Below are positions 48,382-60,300 of a stretch of DNA of 64,000 nt, one piece after another (position 1 is the stretch's first letter; the number at the start of each line of letters is the position of its first letter). The notes below the pieces were generated by a model that saw only the letters and a list, made by a program, of their open reading frames with translations, was not told the DNA's origin and searched no databases. The stretch comes from a virus. The DNA lies in the IMG/VR virus record IMGVR_UViG_3300021090_000723, positions 1 to 64,000 of that record; one strand, written 5' to 3'. Made by a program: the position numbers and the translations under genes.

Positions 48382-51300
48382 TCCGCTCCAGATATTCGGC
48401 GTTGAACATGCGGATGATACGTTCTTCCGCCTCGTTCAAGATCCGCACCTGCTCGTTGTAGCGCGGCCTCGCCATCCTGCCCTGCTCCAACGCCATCTTC
48501 GCCTGAGCGCGCGATGCCCTGATCTCGGACAGTTCCGTCCTGGCGTTGTTCGCGTCGTTGTAGAGCGAGAGCATTGCCCGATTCTCCTGGACGAAGCCAC
48601 GAGCCTCAGGTCTCCGGCCCTCGCGCTGGTAGTCCCTGGCATAGGCGCGCGACTGCTCGATCTTGTTGATCCGCTCGTAGAACGTCGCCTTGTCGATCCA
48701 GGGCGGCTTGGATGTGACGACGCGGCGCACGAAGGGGATGTCGTTGAACGTGATCGTGCTGGTCGGGTCGGCAAACTTCATGGGCAGATCGAGGAAGTTG
48801 CGCTCGTAGAACGTGCCTGCGGCGCCCCAGGCCACGCCGAACCCATAGTCCAGCCACTCGGGCGAAATCTCGATCAGTCCGGGCTCGACACCCGTTCCGC
48901 CCGAGGCCGTGCTCAGGAAGTCTGTGACCGCTTTGTAGGCGGGCGAGACCGAATTCCAATAGCGCTGGCTGTTCGGGACCTGTGGGCCGTACTGGGACTG
49001 CTCCGGCGCGATCGGCCGCCCGGCATAGTCCTTGTTCATGAAGAGATCGACGACCGGGTCCATGGTGGTGGGCGCGATCATGTTGAGCAGGTTCTGCGCG
49101 CCGCCAACCGGGTTGAACGAGTCCATGATGGTGATCGCGAGGTTGCCGGCCGACTCCAGCGGGTCCTTGCCACGCATAACCTCGGCGATCGAGCGGCCGA
49201 CGCCGTAGAAGATGTTGTAGCCGTAGGGCAGCGGGATCTTCGCCGCCACTCCGCCCTCGCTCGGCGTCATGACGATCAGGTTCCGGCTCTTATCGAACGG
49301 CGTCACCTTGTCGTAGAGCAGCTGGCCGTCATCGTCCTCATCGCTGACAAAGGCGTTGAGGAAGTCCAGCAGGAAGCCGGTCAGCACCGCGAACGCTGCA
49401 ACCTTGCGCACGCGCGGGGACTTCCAGGCGGTGAGCAACGTCGCGGTGCCTTGGATGCTCGCGTTATAGAACAGGTAGAGGCTGTTCATCAGCGGGCCCC
49501 ACGAGCCGCGGCGGTTGAAGTTCACCGTCAGGTTCTTGGCGAGAGACGCCGCCTTCGCCGGGGTGAAGCCACGCTCGCGCGCGTTCTTGTAGGCCGAGAG
49601 ACGGATGGCGTTTTCCACCCCGATGTTCGTGTTCTCGATGATGCGGCCGAGCGTCTTCATCGCCATGATCGGGTTGAGCTTGGACGTGCCGATCTCCCGC
49701 ATCTGACCGTCCAGGCGCTTCCGTAGCTCGAGCACGTCTTCCATCTGGTTGAAGTAGACGCGCCCGCCGTTCTCGCGGAACTCCTGGGCCCAACGGTCCC
49801 ACTCGGCCTGGTCCTTCGCCATCCACGGCATCAGGGTTTTGCCCGGCTCCGCCTTGAACGCGCTGCGGCTCGATGCCACCAGCGCCTTGCGGTAGTCCTT
49901 CACCGTTCCCTTGGTGATGCCCTTGATGTCGCCGTGCGCCTGGATGTTCGAGAGCGCGGTCTGCGCATCGCGGAAGGCGTTCGTGATGACGAACTCCGGG
50001 TTGAGCGTCGTGTTCACGTGGCTGAGAATCCGGTTGATCGCGCCAAAATTCCGGATCAGCAGGCTGATCTGATCCTGCCCCAGGCCCTTCAGGCCCTGGG
50101 CGAGATCGCGCGCGACCGGGTTGTTGCGGTTGAACGTGATGCGATGCTCTTGCCCGTCGATCTTGGTGGACAACGTGTACGGAGCATCTTCGGCGAGGAT
50201 GCGCCGGACCGGCCAGTATTGGACCTCCTGGCGGGCCTTGATCCACACCGGCCGCATCGCGACCTTGTCGACCTTCCAGAAGTTCTCGTTGGGCGCGGCC
50301 TTCGCCAGTTCGTAGATCGCGTTGCCGATACGATTGTTCTCTCCACGGATGATCGCTTCCTCGGCCTGCATGAACGCATAGGCCAGGATGTCACGCGCTG
50401 GCGACTGACGGCCGAAGGCACGGTGCGATTCCTTGCCCTTGACGTCGAAGCCCTTGCCCGGGCGCGGGCGGTCGGCCTCGACCTCAGGGTCCAGTTCGGC
50501 CACGCCGCGCAGCGGGACATAGTCGCGATAGGTGGCGCGCCAGGCCTCGGCCTGCTCTTCCGACATAAGACCCGCTTCGACGCGCGTGTTCAGCGCGAAG
50601 GCCAGGACGTCGTCGACCATGCCTGCCAGGGCGTCGAAGTCCGCGCGCCGGCCGGTCTTATCGACCTCGTCCATGATGCCGCGCGCATCTTCATCGCTCA
50701 TGCCCGAGCCAGCGATGCCCTCTTCCCGGAACTTCGGGTTGATCTCATTGATCCGCGCGTTGCGTTCCGGCGCGTGCCGGGCATAGAGGAACGTCTCAAG
50801 CTCTTCCCGGCTGATGCCGCGCTCGTGCATGGCGAGCACAAGCGGCCGGATTTGGCGCTCGAACAGATCCTCCAGCTTCGCGCCCTTGCGGCCGGACGAC
50901 AGTTCCTCGGCCAGATAGGCGTTCTCTTCCTCCGTGAGCGGACGACCCAGCATCTGCTCGATCGCCGCCTGCATGCGCGCGACCTTGAGATAGCGGTCCT
51001 GGAAGCCCACGCGCCACTTGTCGAACGACGCATTGATGGCGGAGAGCGAAGCGGCGCCCTTCAGCCGCTCCATCAGGGAGAGGTTCGAGTTGCGGAGATA
51101 GTCCACCACGCTCGGCTGCGGGGAGTCGGTGAACATCGTGAAGGCGTTCGCGCCGGGTGGCATGCGGCGGGCGAACAGGCCCTGGCCCTCCATCACGGAC
51201 TCGCGCATGGCAGGCGTCACGTCGAGCGAGTGCACGTCGATCACGCCCTGCTTCTTCTGTGGGTGGGTCTCGGCCACGGTCCACGACGGCTCCGATTCCT

Positions 51301-54300
51301 TGCCGGTGTCGATCTTGGTGGTCCCGACCTTCGCGTCCCACTTCTTGGCGTACCGGTTCAGGAACTGGGGCACGATCCTGTCGTAGAAGCCCTTCATGCC
51401 CTCGCCGCCGACGGTCAGGTCGAGGCCGGAGATTTCACGCACGCGCACACCAAGTCCGGCTGACCGCCCCTCTACTGGTGTTACAGCCAACAGCTTATCG
51501 GCAAGCTCCGCTCCGACCAGTTCCGCCAAGTCATCGCGCGACTCGATCTGACGATTGATGGCCTCCTCATTGCGCTTCCCGTAGGCAATGAGGTGCCCAC
51601 GTTCGAATGGCCCGTCCATCCGCGGGCGCCCAATCCCGCCGCTGACGTTGTCTGTCAGCCGGAGGCTGTTGACGTGCTTGGCAAGATTGTACCGCTCAGC
51701 CTGCTGCGCACCGGTCGTCCAGGCGAGGCGGTCGTAGCCGTTCTCGGCGGCGTAGCGCAGCATCCGCTTGAGGGCGATCTCGTGCCAGGTCGACTTGAAC
51801 GGCGCGTCCGGGACGCCGGTGCGCTTCTCGATCGCCTCGCCTTCCTTGATCGTCCAATTCGTCGTGTCCATCGGCGCTTGATCGTCACGATTCCACGCCG
51901 GCCGCCGCCCATGCTTATCGCGGATGAATTCCTGCGCCTGGTCCAGCGTCGGTCGAGTGCCTACCAGTTCGCCTTGATCGTCGAAGATTGAAAAGACCGG
52001 CGAACGGGTTTCCTTGACGCTATAGCCCTGGCGTCTGCCCTTCTGATGCCAATCGCTCTGGATCTCCTCGATGAAGAGCACCCTCTTGCCGTCGGCGTCT
52101 GCGCGATCCTTGAAGCGCACATGGGCCAGGATATTCGCCTCATCGAAGTGACCTGAGCGGAACTGGCCGCTGAGCGCATCGATCGCGAGGCTCCTGTCGC
52201 CGGGATACCGGCGCCGCATGACATCGATCCAATGCGCGTCGTTTGGGCCCTCGTATTTTTTCGTGACGCTATTGAGCACGATCGGGTCATCCCAGGTCCC
52301 AACCTTATGGTCGCCGTAGAAGACCGTGACGTCGCCCTGGGTGGTCGACCGACGATTGCGCTCGATGCGGACCTTGGCCGGGTCGAAGGGCACGCCGATC
52401 TGCGGCAGCGTCAGCAGCAGTTCGCGGTAGTTCTCGCCGCCAGGGAGGGTTTGGGACTCAAACTTGGTGGCGCCGCCCTCGGCGACGATCCCGGCATCAC
52501 GATGGATCGCTTCACGCGCTTCGATGAAGTCCCCGAAGTCGCCCAACTCTCGACCAGCCCGGATGGCATTTACGCGAGTAACCACTCCGCGCTGGTCGTA
52601 ATGGAACGTGACGCTAGCATCGTCAGCGTCAAAGGCCATTTCCGAATAATACCGTTGACCCTCAGGTTGGATGGTCCTTTCTTCATCGGGGAGCCAATCC
52701 TCGATATTCTCCGGATAGGGTCCCTCATCGTCGCCAGGCGCGCGGCCCTTCTCGACCTCCTCGATCTGGACGTTGTTCTCGCGGATGAAGTCGAGCAGCG
52801 CCTGCTTCGTGACCGGTCCCTGCTGGGACTCGAGCCATTCGTTCACGCCGGTCCACTCGGTCTCGTCCTTCGTGATGCCGCGCGCGTTCTTGATGAAGGC
52901 CTGCCACTGGATGCCCGACGCCTTCTCCTGCTTGGAGGCCTCGATCGTGCGCGCGAGCGTCGAGAAGAACGGCGCCGGCGGCTGTGGCTTCAGGGCGAAC
53001 TTCGCCTCGGACCTGGTGGGCCCGGCCTTGCCGCGCTTGCCGATCCTGCCGGACTCGATGCGCTTGAAGATGTCCTCTGGCGTCTGGAAGCCGCGGCCGC
53101 GGAAGAAGTTGCGCAGGCCCTCGAAGAAATTGCGCACGCGCTGGAGAACCTTTGTCGCCAGGCCTGCCTTCGCGAATTCGTTGCTAGGCTCATAGTTCTG
53201 CGCCGCGAACGCGATCGTTTCCTCGGTCTGGACGTCGGGCTTGTAGTATTTGCCGACGATATCGAACGTCCGTTTCCACTTGTCTTTTGCGGCCGCTTCG
53301 AGTGTGGCCCACTCTGACTTGGTGAAGAAGCCGAGATTGCGCAGGCCGTGGATGACCTCATGCGTGATGGTGCCGAACGGGTCCTTGGTATCGAGCGCAA
53401 TGGTGATGAGGTTTTTTGTGATGTCGAAGTGGCCGTCGGCCTCGTGGCCCTCAGGGTCCGCAATCGCATCGGCCACGCGCACGGCGAGCGGAAGGTTGCG
53501 ATTGACCAGATAGGCGCGGAGATCGGCGGCCAGCTGCTCGCGCTTCGCCTCGAACTCGGGGCTGAATGTGAAGGTGACGCCGTCGCCGGTCTCGATGACC
53601 GGTGGCGCCTGCGGGAGCCTTAGTCTTTCAAGGCCTCTTCCAACGCCTTCTGGGCGCGCGCCCTCGCCTGCTCCACCTCTGGGCTCGACGGCAAGTCCTT
53701 GGTCCTCGCCAAGAATCTCCGCAATGCCATCGGCGAACTGAGTGGGGGCGGTTCCTCGATCAGATACATTGACGACTCCAATCGCTTTCAGCGGCGAGGC
53801 GATGGCCTCGGCCCCGGCTTGCGCCATCGTATCGAACGTGGCCGCAAGGCTTTCCGGAACAACAACGGATGAACGGTAATCGATGAGGCCGGCGCGCGCT
53901 AGACCCACCGCGAAGTTATGGCTGAAGTTGGCGACGGCGAGGTTGCGATCGAGGCCCCGCTCGCGGATCAGCGAACGGCCGACGCGGCCCTGGGCGTTCT
54001 GCGATTCTTGCAGCATCTTGTTCAGGATGTCGGAGGGGCTGGACCACAGCGTCAGGTCCAGATCGGCGAAGGCCCGGCGCGTCTCGGGGGTGAGACGGGC
54101 GGCGTGCCACTGCCCCTCCGTGGTGTGGGCGATCATCCAGTCCAAGCCAGGGAGATCCAGCAACGTCAGGTCTGCGAAGGACAGGCCGTATGGCATCGTG
54201 TGGTTATGGTGGAACACGATCCGCGCATCTGGCTTGCTGAGCGCATCCTCGATCTTGCCCCGGAGGTTCACATATGTGTCCTTGCCGGAGGTCTCCGCCG

Positions 54301-57300
54301 CGATGACCGTCTGGGTGGCCGGGTCGTAGGCCACGGCCGCTTCGGTCTTGGTGCGCTCACCGAAGGCGCGGAGCCAGTCGCCGATCGCCACGTTCACGGC
54401 TGCTGGCGTCTTGGCCTTCTTCTTCGCGACGAATTTCCCGAGGTCGTCGGCCAGGTCCGAATTGCCCTCCACGATCCGGCGCGCGAGCATGCCCTCGTCC
54501 CTCGGCGGCCGGGCGGGCGGCGCCAAGCCCAGGCCTTCGCCAGGCGCCTCGCTCAGGATGAAGCCGGCGGAGCGGCGCGGCGGGAGGTCCGGCTCGGGCG
54601 CCCCGGCCACGGGCTGGGGATCGGCCTCGATGAGGCCAAGCGCCTGGTCGATCTTGCGCTGACGCTTCAGCGCCGCCTGGTATTGGTCCTCGCGCTCGAA
54701 CGGGACCTTGACCAGTTCCTTGAAGTCCACGAGCTTCTTCTTCGCCGTGTCGATCTTGGCCTGGCGATAGTCGATCTCGCCTGGGCGGCTCTTGAAGAAG
54801 TTCTCGATGCGGCTGATGGCGCCCAACTTGAGCGACTGGAGATCGAGCTCCACCTTGTCGGTCATCTTGCCGTGGATCACGGCCTGCGGCTGGTAGTAGC
54901 CGTCGACCTCAACCGAGATCGGGAAGCCGTACATCTTGCCGATCGGGATGTCCTCGATCTCGGCGTTGCGCTTCCGGCCCTGGGCCTCGTTCTTGGACTT
55001 CTGGAGGTTCCAGGCCTTCTCGATGATGTCGGCCAGCGCCTTGGACGCATCGACGCGCTTCTCATAGACCGTGCCCAGGATGGTGTAGTGCGGCTTGTCC
55101 TTGCGTTCGAGGTAGGCGGCGTGGTCGGCTTTGACCCGCCCGCGCGCCTCTTCCATCCCGGCGATCTCGCCCGGCAGGCGGTGGATCTGCCACTCCATTT
55201 CGTGGATGTTGTCGTAGTGCGCACCGCGCAGGCGCGAGAGACGATCGACGTCCGAGTCCGCCTTCGCCTTGTCCAGGATCAGCGGGTTGCCCGCGGCGAG
55301 GGCCTTGGCCTCGGCGAACGACAGCACCTGCTCATCGATGTCTTCGGCCTCGCGGACCGAGGGATCGCCGCGCTTGATCTGGTTGATGAAGCGGGCCTTG
55401 CGCTCGACGGTCTGCCACATATAGGCGTCGAACGATCCTTCGGTGACGTAGCGGAAGAGGTCGATCTCTTCGTTCGTGTTGCCCTGACGCTCGATGCGGC
55501 CCTCGCGCTGCTCGATGTCCGATGGGCGCCACGAGGGGTCGACGTGGTGGAGCGCCTTCAGGCGGTCCTGCACGTTCGTGCCGATGCCCATCTTCTCGGT
55601 CGAGCCCAGCAGGATGCGCTTGCGGCCGGCGCGCACGTCGGCGAAGAGGTTCGCCTTCTTCTGATCGGTGTTGGCGTCCTGGACGAACGCGACATCGTTC
55701 GCGTTCACGCCCTTCTTGACCAGTTCCTCCTTGATGTCGCGATAGATGCTGTAGGCCACGTTCGACGGGACCGACATATCGCAGAAGATGATCTGGGTGT
55801 GCTTTTCCTTGGCGCCCGCCTTGTAGATGCGCGCCGCGTTGCTCGCGACCTCGGAGGCCTTCCGGACCTTTTCCTTCCTCGCGGCCGGGTCCACCACACG
55901 CAGATCGAGCGATGCCTTGCGGCCGTCGGTCGAGATCAGCAGCATGTTGTCTTCGTCGGGCGTCACCTCGCGCTTGCGGACCGCCTCGGCGCGCTCGCCG
56001 ATCTCCGCGATGTAGGCCTTGAGCGCATCGCTCGCGGGCACGATGATGGTCTTGGGCCCGCCGCCGCTGATCTTCGGGAGCTTCACCTGGCCGGTCGCGA
56101 TCAGGTCGTCCTTGCTCACCAGGTCCGAGAACTGCCGGTACATCGAGATCAGTTCGGGGATGTTGCGGAAGCGCGCGAAGCGGGTCTTCAGCATCGCCTT
56201 TCCGCCCTCGGGCGTGATCTCGGCTTGCGTGACGGTGTCGCCGAAGGTCGAGGCCCAGGCGTCGAAGTGCGAGAGGCCGCGCTCGGCCAGCCCGCGCGGC
56301 TGGAGATAGCGCTGCATCGTGTACATTTCGGCCATCGAGTTCGAGATCGGCGTGCCGGTCATGAACATGAGGCCGCGGCCCGGCGTCATCTTGTCGATGT
56401 ACTTGGTCTTCAAATAGAGATCGAACGCCCGCTGGCTCGACGGCGGGTTCATGTTCGTGATCTTCGTCGCGAATTCCAGGTTCTTGAACAGGTGGGCTTC
56501 ATCGACAAAGATGCCGTCGACCCCCATTTCCTCGAACGACAGGCCCCGGTCCTTGTCCTTGGCCTGCATCAGTTCGCGGAGCTTTTCCTCACGGCGCTTC
56601 TTCGCGGCTTCCAGCTGCTTGACCGTCGGGCTGCGGCCCCCGGTGTCGGTCTCGCGCGCGGCACGGATCAGGTCCGCATATTCGGCGATCTCGTCGCGGA
56701 TATAGTCAGCCTGGAACTTGGCCGACATGCCGACGCGCTCGAAACTGGAGTGCGTCATGATGATCGCGTCCCAGTTTCCGGCCGCCGCACGGGCGACGAA
56801 GCGACGGCGATTGTCGCCAGCGAAGGCGCGCTCGTCCGCCACCAGGATGCTGGCGTTCGGGTACAGCTGCATGAACTCGCGGCTGAACTGCTCCAGCATG
56901 TGGTTCGGGACGGAGAACAGCGGCTTGCTCAGCAGGCCTATGCGCTTGGCCTCCATGGCGGCCGCGATGGCCGTGAACGTCTTGCCGGCGCCCACCAGGT
57001 GGTCGAGCAGCGTGTTGCCCGAGACCAGGTAGCGCCAGACGGCCTTCTTCTGGGTGGAGCGCAGTTCGATCGTGCTGCTGGAGCCAGGAAGCGTCAGGTG
57101 ATCGCCGTTGAAGGTGGCGACCCGGAGGTTGTTGAAGTTGTCGTTGTAGAAGCGGGACAGCCGCGCACCGCGCTCTGGGTCCTTCCAGATCCACTTGGAG
57201 AAGCGCTCCTTGATGTCGTTCTGCTTTTCCTGCGCCACGATGGTGGCGTTCATGTCCGTGTGGGTCTTGCCCTCGGAGTCCTGCCAGGAAATGACGGTCG

Positions 57301-60300
57301 ACTTCTGGTTAAGCGCATCGCGGATGAGGTCGATGCCGCGGCGCGCGATCGACTTGCCCTCGGCGCGCGAGGTCGTCCAGTTGACCGACCAGGTCTGGGT
57401 GTTGGGCGCGGTGCCCTCCTGGGCAATGCGCACGTGCCAGGTCGCTTCCTTCGGCACGTATTCAACGATGGCCTCGGTCTCGAGCAGTTCGGAAATGAAC
57501 CCCTCGACGTCCGAGTTGGGAATCCACGGCGTGCCCATGCGCACCGCGATCTGAGACGGCTTCAGATCGACTGGCTGGACGACTTCGAGCGCCTTGACGT
57601 TCTCGGCCCACTCGGGCTCGCCCTTGGCAGCGTCACGCGCGAAGGCCAACTTTCCGCGCACGTTGCCCGAGAGATAGACCTCGGACGGCTCGTAGGCGCC
57701 GGTCGCCGGGTTCTTGAAGATGCGGCCCTTGAGTTCGTTGAGGAACGTGCTCGGCTGACGGCCCAGGATTTTTGCCATGTAGGGCACGTCGACTATGCCC
57801 TTCATGTTCATGGACGCGATCAGCGCCTCGTCCGGCGTGTTCACGCGGAGGATTTCGCGCGTCGGCTCGACCACGCGATCGGTGAAGATCGGGCCTTTGA
57901 TGCCCTCGTTCTTCTCTTCATCGAAGCGCTCGAGCGCGGAGACCAGCGCCGCGTCCGGATCGTCACGGAACGCCAGCATGTTCGGGTAGCGGCGGTATTC
58001 GCGCACCTCACCGTCCGGCATCGTGCGCCGGCTGATCTGAACCTGGTTGATGTAGCCGAACGCCTTGACGAACTGGGCGTAGAGTTTCCCCAGTTCCTTC
58101 TGCGGCGCGACCCACGGGGCCGTGCCCTTGCCTTCCCACTCGCCGCGCTGCGCGGTCAAGATCTCGCGGGCCTTGTCGCGGAGCCTGATGAGCAGGCGCA
58201 CGCGCCCGGCCTGGCCGTCGGAGAGTTCGACCGGCACGGAGGATTGCAGCACGCGCTGGAACAGCTTGCCGTCACGTTCGAAGAAGGCGTTGTCCTTCAC
58301 CGTGTCGGGCGGCGGCGCCAGGTCATCGTATGTGTCCACGTCCCCGGCCTCGGGATCGAAGCGGAGCGCGGACTTCTCCATCATGGCCTGGACGGCATTG
58401 GCGATCTTCTCGCGCAGGCCCGTTGCCGTTCCGGTAACGGTGTATTCGTCCTCGCGGTACATGCCGCGCGTGACGGCGTTCGTCCCCAGGATCATGTTGG
58501 GGTTGTCTTTGAAATACTGATTGACCGTCGCCGGGCTCGTGCCGACGCGGAACTCCTTGGCCTCCAGCCAATCCGGCTTCCCGGCAGGCTCGCCCTCCTT
58601 CCGCTTACGGATGAACAGGATGTCCGTGACGACTTGGGTCCCGGCGTTCTCCTTGAAGGCGGTGTTGGGGAGACGGATGGCGCCGATCAGGTCGCCGCCG
58701 GCGTCCCGGATCATGGTGCGCGCGGTCTTGTCCTGCGAGTCCATCGTGTAGCGGCTGGTCACGAGCGCAAGCACGCCGCCAGGTTTGACCAGCTTCAGGC
58801 TCTTGAAGATGAAGTAGTTGTGCAGGCTGAGCGGGCGGCCCTTATTGTACATCTTGTCGGCCGGGCGAATGTCGCCGAACGGCACGTTGCCGATGACAAG
58901 GTCCACGCTGTCTTCCGGAAGCGCGGTGTCCTCGAAGCCCTGCACGAAGATGCGCGCCTCGGGGTAGAGCGCTCGCGCGATCTTGCCGGTGACGTCGTCA
59001 AGCTCCACGCCGATGAACTTCGGATCGCTGCCCTTCGGGCGCATGCCCATGAAGTTGCCGATGCCCATGCCGGGTTCGAGCACGTTGCCCGAGCCGGTGA
59101 AGCCGAGTTCGGTCACGCCGTCCCAGATGCCGCGAACCACATCCTGGCTGGTGTAGTGCGCGTTGATGGTGGTCGCGCGAGCCGACGCGAACTGCTCCGG
59201 CGTCAGCATGGCCTTCAGCTGCTCGCGGTAGGGGATCAGGCCGTAGTCGAGCCCGCGGCCCTCATCGAAGATCTTGGCGAGGCCCGTGGCGCCCCAGCCC
59301 ACGTAATGGGCAAGCTGCTCCTGGTCCTCACGGCTGGCGAGTTGCCCGCCCTTCTCCAGGTCGAGAGCGACCCGGATGGCTTCGATGTTCTTGACGATGC
59401 GCTGGGCTGGACTGCCGGTGGCATAATCGGCGTCTTCAGCGATGCGGAAGTTTAGTCCTCGTATCCCCCGCTTGGCCCGATCCCCGAGGCTTCCCTCTCG
59501 CTCATCGGGAGATACTCCCTCAGGGCGTCCGACTCCGCCATCAGGAGGGCGCTCCGCTCCAGCTTGATCCGTCTCTCCAGAGGCTCGTCCTGGCTCACTT
59601 GCGGAAGTTGGCTGTTGACCCAGTTCGCTATCGATTCCGATAGGTCCTGGACCCTCTGCTCCAGCTTCCCCTCCGCCTTCAGGCCCGCGAACTCCTGTGG
59701 TCGGTGCACCCGCAGGTGCCCTTCCACCTTGCTCCGGTAGCTTTCCGGGCTGACCTTTTGCACGTTTTTCCCTTTCGAGCTCGGCCCAGCGCTTCGGAAT
59801 ATCGATCTTTTTGAGCGCTTCTTCAACTGCCTGCTTGGAGTCGGGCAGCGGCGTGTAGGTCTTTTCCTTGAGCGATCCGTCCTCGTTCCACTCCAGCTGG
59901 TCGAGCAGGCCGCGCCACATCAGGGCGAAATTGGCGCGCTCTTCCTCGGCGGGATAGGGCGTGCCGCGATAGCCGGCTTCCTTGGTCGTCTGGCCTTCCG
60001 CCACCCAGCCATTGACCAGGTAGGGCGAGGTCTGCCCCTTGGCGGCCAGTTCATCGTAGATGAAGGACTCGAACGAGCGCGCCCACAGTTCCTCGGGCCG
60101 CACCCAGTATTTGCCAAGCTCTTGGGCGTTGCGCTTGAACTTGGTCGTGAGCTTCGCGCTCCACCCCTCGTTCTGCCAAAGGTGGTCCACGTACTGCTCG
60201 GCGGTCTTGAGCGGGCCCAGGCCTTGCCTGCCCCGGATGTGCGACCGGCCGGTGAGCAGATTGTCGACCATCTTGATCGCACCCTCCACGTCCCAGGTGT

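Noticed and set aside
52990-53469. Other alternate-frame ORFs inside the giant gene (e.g. 52990-53469, 63268-63738, 61783-62238, 54877-55224)
   Set aside because: R/S/P/T-rich frame-shift artefacts overlapping well-formed main-frame domains, unlike the two accepted nested genes
53918-59455. 1,845-aa plus-strand ORF (also 47675-49726, 49934-51463, 60122-61537, 4230-6041, and 34698-36305 on the minus strand)
   Set aside because: Antisense shadows of real GC3-rich genes; no motifs or RBS, and the composition is typical of reverse-frame translation
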